Translations under genes and position numbers: made by a program
NCBI GenBank assembly: GCA_963815895.1
Contig: CAWFIP010000001.1
Location: forward strand, 88,519 to 152,518
Length of the DNA: 64,000 nt
Source of the DNA: an uncultured Actinomycetes bacterium
GTDB lineage: Bacteria; Actinomycetota; Thermoleophilia; Gaiellales; Gaiellaceae
Direction of reading: 5' to 3'
Shown here: positions 30,758-40,021 of the stretch, in pieces
Layout of the letters: the number at the start of each line of letters is the position of its first letter
How positions within the stretch are numbered: the stretch's first letter is position 1
Notes under the pieces: generated by a model
Told to the model about the DNA's origin: nothing
The model's input: the letters and a program-made list of their open reading frames with translations, nothing else
The model's database searches: none

Positions 30758-31957
30758 CTAGTCGTCCGACGGGTTTCGATCGGTGAGCGCACCCTCTGTC
30801 TGGACGTCGTAGAACGGCGTGTCGTGCACGCCCTCCTCGAGCTCGATCTTGTGCCTGCGTTCGGGAATCAAGCCCGTCGGGCGCAAGAGCATCATCGCGA
30901 CGATGATCCCGCCGTAGATGCCGAACTGGTACTTCGTCGGGTCGAAGTCGAGCCCGGCATCCTGCACCTTCGAGCCGATGGTGGCGAGGCCCTCGATATT
31001 GAGATACCCGAGGATCATCCCGCCGACGAACACGCCCCAGATGCTCCCCATGCCCCCGAGGATCACCATGCAGAGCAAGAAGATCGAGAAGTTGAAGTAG
31101 AAGTCCGCCGGGAACGCGCCCGCCTTGTAGCTCGCGTAGAACGCGCCTGCGATCCCGCCGAAGAACGCGCCGATCGCGTACGACCACGTCTTCGTGCGCA
31201 TCAGCGGGACGCCCATCGCCGCGGCCGCCGTCTCGTCCTCGCGGATCGCGATCCAGGCGCGTCCGAGCCTTGAGTCGCGGAGCCGGATGCAGCAGAACAC
31301 GGTGAAGAGCAGCAACCCGACCGCGGCCCAGTAGTAGAGGTCGTCCTTGTTGTCCTGCTCGCGGAAGACGAAGGCTCCGAACGCGAGGGAGTCGATGGGT
31401 GCGATCCCGAACGTGCCGTTCGTCAGGTCGAAGCCGCCGAGGGAGTCCGCGTTGCGCACGAACTGCGGCACGATCTCGCCGAAGCCGAGGGTCACGATCG
31501 CGAGGTAGTCGCCGCGCAGCCGGAGCGTCGGCAGGCCGATGACGATGCCGACGAGCATCGTGAACAGGCCAGCGAGGGGCAGGATGAGCCACATCGAGAG
31601 ATGGATTCCGGGCTGGTCGGAGTTCGCGCTGGACAGGAACGAGAACGAGACGTCCTCGAACTGGAGAGACGCGAGCCACCCGGCGACGTACGCGCCGGCT
31701 GCGTAGAACGCGACGTACCCGAGGTCGAGGAGGCCCGCGTACCCGACGACGATGTTCAACCCGAGCGCCATCATCGTGAACGTGACCATGATCACCATCG
31801 AGCCCGTACGGGGAACGAAGTCCCCGATGAGCGGCAGGTCCTGCAGGGTGTCGACGAGGAACGGGTAGAGCAGCCCGAAGACGACGAGGCCGAAGACGAG
31901 CCACCATGCGCGCTCGGTGCGCGCGCGCGCGGCGAAGGACTGGGCGGCCTCGCTCAT
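30758..31957 (-). CDS. livM: Branched-chain amino acid ABC transporter permease
   Basis: Polytopic protein. Sequences: LNIVVGYAGLLDLGYVAFYAAGAY, GRAWIAIREDETAAAAMGV. Confidence 0.88.
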   Translation of the reverse strand: MSEAAQSFAARARTERAWWLVFGLVVFGLLYPFLVDTLQDLPLIGDFVPRTGSMVIMVTFTMMALGLNIVVGYAGLLDLGYVAFYAAGAYVAGWLASLQFEDVSFSFLSSANSDQPGIHLSMWLILPLAGLFTMLVGIVIGLPTLRLRGDYLAIVTLGFGEIVPQFVRNADSLGGFDLTNGTFGIAPIDSLAFGAFVFREQDNKDDLYYWAAVGLLLFTVFCCIRLRDSRLGRAWIAIREDETAAAAMGVPLMRTKTWSYAIGAFFGGIAGAFYASYKAGAFPADFYFNFSIFLLCMVILGGMGSIWGVFVGGMILGYLNIEGLATIGSKVQDAGLDFDPTKYQFGIYGGIIVAMMLLRPTGLIPERRHKIELEEGVHDTPFYDVQTEGALTDRNPSDD

Positions 31958-31964
31958 GGCGTCG

Positions 31965-33005
31965 TCACGCCCCCTCGGGCGTCCGCTCCCCGAGGATGCC
32001 CTGCGGCCGGAAGACGAGCGTGATGATCAGGATCCCGAAGACGATCGAGCGCGTCCAGTCGCTGCCCGGCGTCCCGTCGAGCCCTTCGTTCGTGGCCTCC
32101 ACGCAGCCGATCACCATCGCCCCCAGCACGGCCCCGGTGAGGTTCCCGATGCCACCGAGCACCGCCGCGGTGAACGCGATCAGCCCGAGCTGGAAGCCCG
32201 TGTCGTAGCGCATGTTGAACTGCAGGAGATACACGAGCCCGGCGACCGCAGCGAGCGCTCCGGCAATGAAGAAGGTCACCGAGATCGTGCGGTTGACGTT
32301 GATCCCCATCATCGCGGAGGCCTCCGTGTCCTGTGCCACCGCACGCATCGCCTTCCCCTGGCGCGTCGAGCGGACGAACCACGTGAGCAGGACGAGGACC
32401 GGGATGACGATGAGGAAGACGGCCAGCTTGTTCCACGGGAAGATCACGCCGCCGATCTCGAACGCCTTCGTGCGCGGGATGAAGTTCGGCACGGACTCGA
32501 AGTCCACGCCGTAGATGGCGAGCGCGATGTTCTGGACGATGAACGACACGCCGACCGCCGTGATCAACGGCGCCAGCCGTGGCGCGTTGCGCAACGGCTT
32601 GTACGCGATGCGCTCGATGCCCGCGTTGATGAGCGCGAACATCGGCATCGTGATCGCCAGGGTGACGAGGAGCCCCACGATGATCGCGATCACGCTCGAG
32701 CTCTCGTCGAGCCCGAACACGGACACGATCAGCGTGCTGGCAACGAGGCCCGAGAGCGCGAACACGTCGCCATGGGCGAAGTTGATGAGCTGGAGGATCC
32801 CGTAGACGAGCGTGTAGCCGAGCGCGACCAGCCCGTAGATGGCGCCGTTCGTGACCCCGATGATCATGACGTTCAGGAAGCGCGTCGGATCCTCGACGAA
32901 CTTGACGAAGAGCCAGACGATGACCGTGGCGAGGAGGAGGAGCCCGATGATGTCGATCAGGCTCGACCCGCGTACGCGCTGCAAAGCCGCCGTCGCCGTG
33001 GCCAT
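31965..33005 (-). CDS. livH: Branched-chain amino acid ABC transporter permease
   Basis: GVTNGAIYGLVALGYTLVYGILQLINFAHGD, GKAMRAVAQDTEASAMMGI. Confidence 0.88.
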   Translation of the reverse strand: MATATAALQRVRGSSLIDIIGLLLLATVIVWLFVKFVEDPTRFLNVMIIGVTNGAIYGLVALGYTLVYGILQLINFAHGDVFALSGLVASTLIVSVFGLDESSSVIAIIVGLLVTLAITMPMFALINAGIERIAYKPLRNAPRLAPLITAVGVSFIVQNIALAIYGVDFESVPNFIPRTKAFEIGGVIFPWNKLAVFLIVIPVLVLLTWFVRSTRQGKAMRAVAQDTEASAMMGINVNRTISVTFFIAGALAAVAGLVYLLQFNMRYDTGFQLGLIAFTAAVLGGIGNLTGAVLGAMVIGCVEATNEGLDGTPGSDWTRSIVFGILIITLVFRPQGILGERTPEGA

Positions 33006-33075
33006 CGGAGGGCGACTCTAAACGCCGAGAGCTGAGAGGGCAATGCCCTCCCAGCTCTCGAGCGCTGTGGTTCCT

Positions 33076-34422
33076 CTACGCCCCAGCCGCCTGAACGGTC
33101 TCAGGCTTGGGAGCGAAGTTGTCCTCCGTCACGAGCTTGTCGGTCGCGACGTACATCGTGAAGCCGACCACGGCGCCAGACGCGTTCGTCGGATCGCCGT
33201 TCTCGTTGAAGTTGAACGAGCCGAGAAGCCCGTCCGTGACCTCCGACGCGAACATCTTCGCGATCACGTCGGAGCGGCTCCCGTCCGAGGCGGCGATCGC
33301 GTCGAGCACGATCTGCGCCGACTGGGCGCCGTAGATCGCGTACGGGTCGATCGTCTTGCCCTTGAGCTCGGTCGCGAGCAGGGAGTCGATGTACTCGGAC
33401 GCCGTTCCGGTGAACGAGTCGATCGGCACACCCGCGACGGACATGAACATGCCCTTCGCGGCCGGTCCGGACTCGTCGATGGTGGCCTGAGTGGTGAAGC
33501 CGTCGGGAGCGAGCAGCTTCACGGCACCGTCGTTCGGGCCGAGGACGGCGACCTTGTCCTTGATGACCTGGGCGCCGTTCTCGTCGATGAGGCCGCCGAG
33601 GAACACGGCGTCCGCACCGCTGTTCTTGATCTTGCCCATGAGCGCCTCGTAGCTCGAGGCCTTCGGATCCCAGGAGTCGAATCCAGCGACCTTGATCCCG
33701 ACAAACTCCGCTGCCTTGCGCGTCGTCGTCGCGACGCCGAGGCCGTAGGCCTCTTTGTCGTTGAGGATGTAGACGCTCTTGATGCCCTGCTTCTGCATGA
33801 ACTCCGCGACGAACGCGCCCTGGTAGTCGTCCGCAGGCGCGACGCGCGCGTAGTTCCGCGTGCCGTTCGGATAGTACTTCGCCGGCTCCGAGGCCTCGCA
33901 TCCGCCCGGCAGGTTCACCGTCAGGCACGGATACGTGTTCGCCGGTGACATCATCGCGATGCCGCCGTCAGGCGCGGCGTTCAGCAGCGGGATGATGATC
34001 TGCGCGCATCCGGAGTTGAACGTCCCGATGACCGCGATCACCGCGTCGTTGTCCGCATACGCGTTGCCGTTCTGCGAGCACTTGCCCGAGTCCCACTTCG
34101 CAGCCTGTGCGGTCGCGTCGTCACACGACTGGAAGCCGATGTTGTAGTCGCCGGCCTTCCAGCCGCGTTCACTGAGCTCGTGCCGGATCGCGGCGACGAT
34201 CTGCTCGGTCTGCGTGCGCGACGAGCCCTGGAGCGGGAAGTCGGAAGCGAGGATGTAATCCGGATCGCCGTCGCCTTCGAACTCGAGCCCCGTGCACGAC
34301 GACGACGGAAGGGCCTCGACGTCCCCGCCGCCACCGTCACCGCCGCCGCAGCCCGCGGCGACGAGAGCGAGAGCCGCGATGAGCAGCGCAAACGCTGCGA
34401 GCGCGCTCTTTCTCACACTCAA
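33076..34422 (-). CDS. ABC transporter substrate-binding lipoprotein (branched-chain amino acid / LivJ-like type)
   Basis: GAGGAGG SD. The start is ambiguous (GTG 34425, TTG 34422 or GTG 34416). Lipobox: LALVAAGCGG. Periplasmic-binding-protein-like body. It sits at the head of the livHMGF cluster. Confidence 0.8.
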   Translation of the reverse strand: MSVRKSALAAFALLIAALALVAAGCGGGDGGGGDVEALPSSSCTGLEFEGDGDPDYILASDFPLQGSSRTQTEQIVAAIRHELSERGWKAGDYNIGFQSCDDATAQAAKWDSGKCSQNGNAYADNDAVIAVIGTFNSGCAQIIIPLLNAAPDGGIAMMSPANTYPCLTVNLPGGCEASEPAKYYPNGTRNYARVAPADDYQGAFVAEFMQKQGIKSVYILNDKEAYGLGVATTTRKAAEFVGIKVAGFDSWDPKASSYEALMGKIKNSGADAVFLGGLIDENGAQVIKDKVAVLGPNDGAVKLLAPDGFTTQATIDESGPAAKGMFMSVAGVPIDSFTGTASEYIDSLLATELKGKTIDPYAIYGAQSAQIVLDAIAASDGSRSDVIAKMFASEVTDGLLGSFNFNENGDPTNASGAVVGFTMYVATDKLVTEDNFAPKPETVQAAGA

Positions 34423-34535
34423 CACTGTCCTCCTCAGTTGGATTGCGCAGGTGCACACCGGGGAAGCCGGCGCCCCGGCAGTATCGGGGCTTGCGCCGCA
34501 GGGCGCAAATGAGAGCGGTCGGCGGGGAGGGGCGA

Positions 34536-34619
34536 TGCCGGAGGTGGGGATCGAACCCACACGTCCCAGGGGACACAGGATTTTGAGTCCTGCGCGTCTG
34601 CCAGTTCCGCCACTCCGGC
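34536..34619 (-). tRNA. tRNA-Leu (anticodon CAA), 84 nt, CCA not encoded
   Basis: Minus strand: GCCGGAGTGGCGGAACTGGCAGACGCGCAGGACTCAAAATCCTGTGTCCCCTGGGACGTGTGGGTTCGATCCCCACCTCCGGCA. Acceptor stem GCCGGAG/CTCCGGC, anticodon loop CTCAAAA, long variable arm, T-loop GGTTCGATCC. Confidence 0.93.
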
Positions 34620-34668
34620 GCGTGCACAGGGTACTCGGCGCGGCCACCGTCGTTAGGCTGCCGCCTAC

Positions 34669-35817
34669 ATGCGACTCGGCGTGCTCACAGGCGGCGGCGA
34701 CGTCCCCGGGCTCAACCCGTGCATCAAGGCGTTCGTCAACCGGGTCGACGATGCCGGGCACGAGGTCGTCGGCATCCGCCGCGGCTGGGCAGGGCTGCTC
34801 GAGTACGACCTCGACGACCCGTCCTCGGGCACGGACAAGGTGGCGCCGCTCGACCCGTCCAGCGTTCGAACGATCGATCGCACGGGCGGCACCGTCCTAC
34901 ACACGTCGCGCACGAACCCTGGCAACGTGCGCGCGGGCGACGTCCCGGCGTTCCTCGCCGACCAGGCGACGGGCGAGGGCCCGTTCGACTTCACGGAGCA
35001 CGTCCTGCGCGTGATCGAGCACCTCGGGATCGACGCTCTGGTGCCGATCGGCGGGGACGACACGCTCTCGTACGCGCTCCGCCTCCACGACGAGGGTGTG
35101 CCGGTGATCGCGATCCCGAAGACGATGGACAACGACGTCCACGGCACGGACTACTGCATCGGCTTCTCGACGGCGGTCACCCGCGGCGTCCAGTTCATCC
35201 ACAACCTCCGCACGAGCTCCGGGAGCCACGAGCGCATCGCGGTCGTCGAGCTCTTCGGGCGCTACAGCGGCGAGACATGCCTCATCACCGCCTACCTTGC
35301 CGGCGTCGACCGCGCGGTCATCTCGGAGGTCCCGTTCGACGTCGACCGGCTCGCCGAGCTGCTCATGGCCGACAAGCGAGCAAACCCGTCGAGCTACGCG
35401 ATGGTGACGGTCTCCGAGGGCGCGACCGCGGCGAGCGGCGAGCTCGTCCTCTCGGGCGAGGCCGACGCGTACGGGCACCGCAAGCTCGGCGGGATCGGGC
35501 TGCTCCTCGGGGAGGCCCTGAAGGAGCGCACGGGGGAGGACATCATCTACCAGCAGGTCGCGTACCTCATGCGCTCGGGAAGCCCCGACTCGCTCGACCT
35601 CATGGTGGCGACGAACTACGCAGTCACGGCTGCCGACCTGGCGCTCGAGGGAGACACCGGTCGCATGGTCTCGCTGCGGAACGGCTCCTACACGACCGTT
35701 CCGATCACCGCTGTCCGCGAGGGCGTCAAGCGCGTCGACGTCGACGAGCTCTACGACGCGGCGCACTACCGACCGAAGGTGCGTCACGTCCTCGGCAAGC
35801 CGATGTTCCTCTACTGA
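34669..35817 (+). CDS. 6-phosphofructokinase, PPi-type signature (GGDDT / PKT)
   Basis: [39 protein letters not shown]. Confidence 0.85.
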   Translation: MRLGVLTGGGDVPGLNPCIKAFVNRVDDAGHEVVGIRRGWAGLLEYDLDDPSSGTDKVAPLDPSSVRTIDRTGGTVLHTSRTNPGNVRAGDVPAFLADQATGEGPFDFTEHVLRVIEHLGIDALVPIGGDDTLSYALRLHDEGVPVIAIPKTMDNDVHGTDYCIGFSTAVTRGVQFIHNLRTSSGSHERIAVVELFGRYSGETCLITAYLAGVDRAVISEVPFDVDRLAELLMADKRANPSSYAMVTVSEGATAASGELVLSGEADAYGHRKLGGIGLLLGEALKERTGEDIIYQQVAYLMRSGSPDSLDLMVATNYAVTAADLALEGDTGRMVSLRNGSYTTVPITAVREGVKRVDVDELYDAAHYRPKVRHVLGKPMFLY

Positions 35818-35824
35818 GACGGCC

Positions 35825-36862
35825 GTGAGCACCTTCGGAGTCCTAACGGGAGGCGGCGACTGCCCCGGCCTCAACGCGGCCATCCGCGCGATCGTTCGCG
35901 GCTCGCTCGCTGCGGGCCATCAGGTGCTCGGCATCCGCGAAGGCTGGCACGGGCTCGGCGGGCGCGGGGCGGACGCCCTTGACCGCCGAGCGGTCGCAGG
36001 CATCCTTCCGCGGGGCGGAACGATCTTGGGGTCATCGGGCTGGAACCCCTTCCACGAGGAAGGCGGCATCGAGACCGTGCTCGCGACGACGCGGGCCCTC
36101 GAGCTCGAGGGCGTCGTGGCGATCGGCGGGGAGGGGACGCTCGGCATCGCCCATCGCCTCCACACCGAGCATGGCTATCACGTGGTCGGCGTCCCGAAGA
36201 CGATCGACAACGACCTCGCCGGCACGGACGTCACGATCGGGTTCGATACGGCCGTCCAGATCTGCACCGAGGCGATCGACCGCCTGCACACCACGGCCGA
36301 GTCGCACAACCGGGTGATGGTCGTCGAGGTAATGGGACGGAACACGGGCTGGATCGCGGCCGAAAGCGGCACGGCGGGAGGCGCCGACGTCATTCTCGTG
36401 CCGGAGCGGCCGATGCCCATCGAGGACGTCTGCGACGAGCTTCGGCTCCGGCATGAAGAGGGCCGCGACTTCTCCATCGTCGTCGTCGCCGAGGGGTACA
36501 CGCTGACTCGTCGCTCGGGCGAGCAGGGCATGCCCGTGATGCAGGGTGTCGACCCGTACGGGTACGCGCGTCTCGGCGGCATCGGACACGTGGTCGCGGA
36601 AGAGGTGACCCGGGCGACCGGCTACGAGACCCGCGTCACCGTGCTCGGACACGTCCAGCGTGGCGGAACCCCGACGGCACGGGACCGATTCCTGGCGACG
36701 AGGCTTGGCCTGAAAGCAGCAGTGCTCGCGTCCTCGGGGACGTGGGGACGCATGGCGGCAGTCCAGGGGAACGACATCGTCGACATCTCGCTCGAGGAGG
36801 CGACGCGCTCTCCTCGACCCGTCCCGAACGCCTGGATCGCGGCGAGCGGGACGGTCGCGTAG
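35825..36862 (+). CDS. pfkA: 6-phosphofructokinase, actinobacterial ATP-type signature (GGEGT / PKT)
   Basis: GTG start. Sequences: [57 protein letters not shown]. Confidence 0.88.
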   Translation: MSTFGVLTGGGDCPGLNAAIRAIVRGSLAAGHQVLGIREGWHGLGGRGADALDRRAVAGILPRGGTILGSSGWNPFHEEGGIETVLATTRALELEGVVAIGGEGTLGIAHRLHTEHGYHVVGVPKTIDNDLAGTDVTIGFDTAVQICTEAIDRLHTTAESHNRVMVVEVMGRNTGWIAAESGTAGGADVILVPERPMPIEDVCDELRLRHEEGRDFSIVVVAEGYTLTRRSGEQGMPVMQGVDPYGYARLGGIGHVVAEEVTRATGYETRVTVLGHVQRGGTPTARDRFLATRLGLKAAVLASSGTWGRMAAVQGNDIVDISLEEATRSPRPVPNAWIAASGTVA

Positions 36863-36867
36863 ACCTC

Positions 36868-37416
36868 CTAGACCTCGGGCGGCTCGGCCGGAACGAGTGC
36901 TGCGACGTCGTGTGAGGTCACGAGTACCGCGTCGACGCCGGCCCGCTCGAGCTCGGCGACCTCGTCCGCCGACGCATCGCGCAGCTCCGCGATCGCAAGC
37001 TTCCCGGCCGGAACGTCGTGCAGCAGCGCGAGCAGCGATTCGAGCTCGTTTTCGTCGGATCCCGGCTCGGTGCTGAGCAGGAACACCTCTGGATCAAGCT
37101 CCTCGAGCGCGCGCTCGAGATCCTCGGCGGCAGCAACCCGGACGACGCAGTCGATCCCGAGGCCCTGGGCGCGATCCCACGCCTCGGCATCCGGAGGGAC
37201 GACGACAGCGTCGGCCGTCACTCCTGAGGACTCGACGGGGTTCTCGAGAAGAAGCACCGGGAGCTGCGATCCGTCGCCGAGATCGATCGCGCCGCGCGCG
37301 ACCGCGAGCGCATCTGCGCCCTGCAGCTCCGCAGCCGCGGCCTCGCTGCCGTCCGCGACCTCGACCAGCACCGAGATGCCGTCGCCTTCGGCTATCGCCT
37401 GACTCAACCTGCTCAA
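36868..37416 (-). CDS. Hypothetical protein, degenerate indole-3-glycerol-phosphate-synthase-like TIM-barrel fragment
   Basis: 182 aa. LGIDCVVRVAAAEDLERALELDPEVFLLS and ELERAGVDAVLV resemble IGPS strands. The KRASPS-type catalytic segment is replaced by VEVADGSE. Weak call. Confidence 0.35.
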   Translation of the reverse strand: MSRLSQAIAEGDGISVLVEVADGSEAAAAELQGADALAVARGAIDLGDGSQLPVLLLENPVESSGVTADAVVVPPDAEAWDRAQGLGIDCVVRVAAAEDLERALEELDPEVFLLSTEPGSDENELESLLALLHDVPAGKLAIAELRDASADEVAELERAGVDAVLVTSHDVAALVPAEPPEV

Positions 37417-37474
37417 CCCGGCGGATGCTACTCAGCCAACCGACGTGCGCGCTGGGACGTCTAGGGTGCAGCGA

Positions 37475-39025
37475 ATGCGTGTCCCGGTCGTCGTGCTCAC
37501 GCTGCTCGTGCTCTTCGCCGGCGTGGGGGCCGCAAGGACGATCGAAGGGACGAACCGGAACGACCATCTCGTCGGAACGCCGCGTGCCGACGTGCTGTTC
37601 GGTCGCGGCGGCGCAGACCAGCTGGTCACTCTCGCGGGCGCCGACTTCCTGAGCGGCGGGCCCGGTCGCGACCGGCTCGTCGCGGGACCCGGGGTCGACC
37701 GGATCTCGGCCGAGTACGACGGCGCCCGGGACCGCGTCCTCTGCGGCTCAGGGCTCGACGTCGTGAACGCCGACCCGCTCGACGTCGTCGCGCGCGACTG
37801 CGAGATCGTCGGGAGGCGGCTCTCCCGCGATCCGTACACGACGACGACGGGCCAGCACGAGACGGAGGTCGAGCCCGACAGCCTCACCGTGGGACGGACG
37901 ACCGTGGTGACCTATCAGGTCGGCCGCCGCGTCGACGGTGGCGCGGACAACATCGGCTTCGCGGTCTCGAGCGACGACGGACGCATGTGGCGGAGCGGGC
38001 TCCTACCCGCCCTCACGCAGGAGAGCGTGCCGGCCGGCCCACACGTGCGCGCGAGCGATCCGGTCGTCGCCTACGACGCCGGGACGCGCACGTGGCTCAT
38101 CTCTACGCTCGCGATCCAGGACCAGATCACGCGCCTCACCGTCAGCCGCTCGAGCGACGGCTTCACGTGGGGCAACCCGGTGATCGCGATCGAGGGCGGC
38201 CACCCGACCGGCATCACCTTCGACAAGAACTGGATCACCTGCGACAACGGCGCCACGAGCCCGAAGCGCGGCCGGTGCTACCTCGCCTACACGGACACGG
38301 TCCGGAACGGGAGCATCGCGGTCCTGACCTCGACCGACGGTGGCCTGAGCTGGTCGGGCCCGGTCGCCATCGCCGTCGCCGACGCGGTCGGGGCCTTTCC
38401 GGTCATCCGGCCGACGGGAGATCTCGTCGTGATCTTCAACTGGGGCGGGAGGCGAATCGGCTCGTCGGTCTCGCGCGACGGGGGCCTGAGCTTCAGTCCC
38501 GTTGCGCAGGTCGCGGAGATCCACGTGAGCTCCATTCGCGAGCTCCGTTTCTTCCCTCTGCCCTCGGCCGACGTCGATCCGTCGGGTCGCGTGTGGGTGA
38601 CGTGGCACGACTGCCGGTTCGACCCCGGCTGCGACGCGAACAGCGTGCTCGTCGCGACGTCGGCGGACGGCACCTCGTGGAGCACTCCTGTCGCGATCAC
38701 CTCCCGCAGGAACGCGTTCATCCCGGCGATCGGCATCCATTCAGGAACGGGGCGCGTCGCCGTCGCGTACTACGTCGTCCGTCCGGGCGGGATCGACGCC
38801 GAGCTCGTCGAGTCCACCGGAGCCGCGACCGGCTTCGGGGCTCCGCGCCGGCTTTCCGCCCAGAGCATGCGCCCACGCTGGCTGCCGAACACCGTCTCGG
38901 GACGCATGCTCGCCGACTACATCTCGGTGCACTACGCCGGCAACCGTCCGCTCGTAGCGTGGGTGCTGGCATCGGAGCCCGTGGCCTCGCGCTTTCGCCA
39001 GGCCGTGTACGCGACGCGCGGCTAG
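37475..39025 (+). CDS. Secreted BNR/Asp-box (sialidase-fold) repeat protein with an N-terminal RTX-like calcium-binding repeat segment
   Basis: Signal peptide: MRVPVVVLTLLVLFAGVGAA. RTX-like segment: GTNRNDHLVGTPRADVLFGRGGADQL..GGPGRDRLVAGPGVDRI. Asp-boxes: SSDDGRMW, SRSSDGFTW, STDGGLSW, SRDGGLSF, SADGTSW. Confidence 0.75.
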   Translation: MRVPVVVLTLLVLFAGVGAARTIEGTNRNDHLVGTPRADVLFGRGGADQLVTLAGADFLSGGPGRDRLVAGPGVDRISAEYDGARDRVLCGSGLDVVNADPLDVVARDCEIVGRRLSRDPYTTTTGQHETEVEPDSLTVGRTTVVTYQVGRRVDGGADNIGFAVSSDDGRMWRSGLLPALTQESVPAGPHVRASDPVVAYDAGTRTWLISTLAIQDQITRLTVSRSSDGFTWGNPVIAIEGGHPTGITFDKNWITCDNGATSPKRGRCYLAYTDTVRNGSIAVLTSTDGGLSWSGPVAIAVADAVGAFPVIRPTGDLVVIFNWGGRRIGSSVSRDGGLSFSPVAQVAEIHVSSIRELRFFPLPSADVDPSGRVWVTWHDCRFDPGCDANSVLVATSADGTSWSTPVAITSRRNAFIPAIGIHSGTGRVAVAYYVVRPGGIDAELVESTGAATGFGAPRRLSAQSMRPRWLPNTVSGRMLADYISVHYAGNRPLVAWVLASEPVASRFRQAVYATRG

Positions 39026-39049
39026 GACGCCGAACGCGCCGCGGCCAAC

Positions 39050-39847
39050 CTAGAGCCCTATCGGGTGCCAGACGGTCTTGAGCTCGACGAACGAGGCGAT
39101 CTCCCACGGGCTCTGGGCGTCTGCCGTGGAGCGAACGACGCGCTTCACGTTGTCGGCCGCGAGGCGCTCGAGCTCCGCGAGGTCGCCGTCCGCTCCGGTG
39201 AGGTCGATCGCGTTCACGTCCATGTGCGCGGCGAGCCACGGCGCAAGCTCCTCGCGGAAGCCGGTGAGGATGTTGACTGCTCCCCCGGGCACGTCCGACG
39301 TCGCGAGCGCCTCCGCGAGCTCGATCGCCGGCAACGGGTGCTCCTCCGATGCCACCACGACGACCGCGTTTCCGCCGACGAGCGCCGGAACGATCCGCGA
39401 CACGATGCCGGCGAGGGGCGGCTCGACCGGGGCGAGCACGGCGACGACGCCGGTCGGCTCCGGAACGGTGAAGTCGAAGTACGGGCCGGCGACGGGATTC
39501 GATCCGCCGAGCACCTGGGACAACTTGTCCGACCAGCCCGCGTACCAGACGACGCGATCGATCGCAGCCTCGACCTCCTTCCGCCCGCTGCAGACGGCGG
39601 CGAGGTCCGTCGCACGCGCCTCGAGCATCTCCGCGAGCCGGTACAGCACCTGCCCACGGTTGTACGCGGTCATCCCCGACCAGACGGGGAATGCGGCACG
39701 CGCCGCGCGGATCGCGTCGCGAACGTCCTTCCGCGAGGCGCGGGCGACGTTCTGCCCCTCGGCCTCGTACGTTCGCCCGGACTCCGACCGCGGGAACGCC
39801 CCGCCCACATAGAGCTTGTACGTCTTCTTGACGGGTAGCCGGGTCAC
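39050..39847 (-). CDS. Truncated aldehyde-dehydrogenase-like protein (N-terminal/cofactor half only, no catalytic Cys region)
   Basis: KTYKLYVGGAFPRSESGRTYEAEG...AVLAPVEPPLAGIVSRIVPALVGGNAVVVVAS...GGAVNILTG. It ends at ~265 aa. Start is GTG 39847 or ATG 39883. Confidence 0.6.
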   Translation of the reverse strand: MTRLPVKKTYKLYVGGAFPRSESGRTYEAEGQNVARASRKDVRDAIRAARAAFPVWSGMTAYNRGQVLYRLAEMLEARATDLAAVCSGRKEVEAAIDRVVWYAGWSDKLSQVLGGSNPVAGPYFDFTVPEPTGVVAVLAPVEPPLAGIVSRIVPALVGGNAVVVVASEEHPLPAIELAEALATSDVPGGAVNILTGFREELAPWLAAHMDVNAIDLTGADGDLAELERLAADNVKRVVRSTADAQSPWEIASFVELKTVWHPIGL

Positions 39848-40021
39848 GCACGGCCCCCGTTCGGCGCGGCGCTGTGAACACATCGGCGCACCTTCGGCAC
39901 GAATGCGTGCGCGTTTCGCGAATGGTTCGCGTTACGCTCGACAGCGGGTGGAGGGTGGCCCAGCACCCCACCCAGGGTGGGGCGTGCGCTGTGCGCGCGT
40001 CGCGAACACCCACTGCGGCGC

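Noticed and set aside
34536-34668. tRNA-Leu as an integration hotspot or edge of a mobile element
   Set aside because: There is no integrase, transposase, direct repeat of the tRNA 3' end, or phage gene on either side. The flanks are the liv operon and pfk genes.
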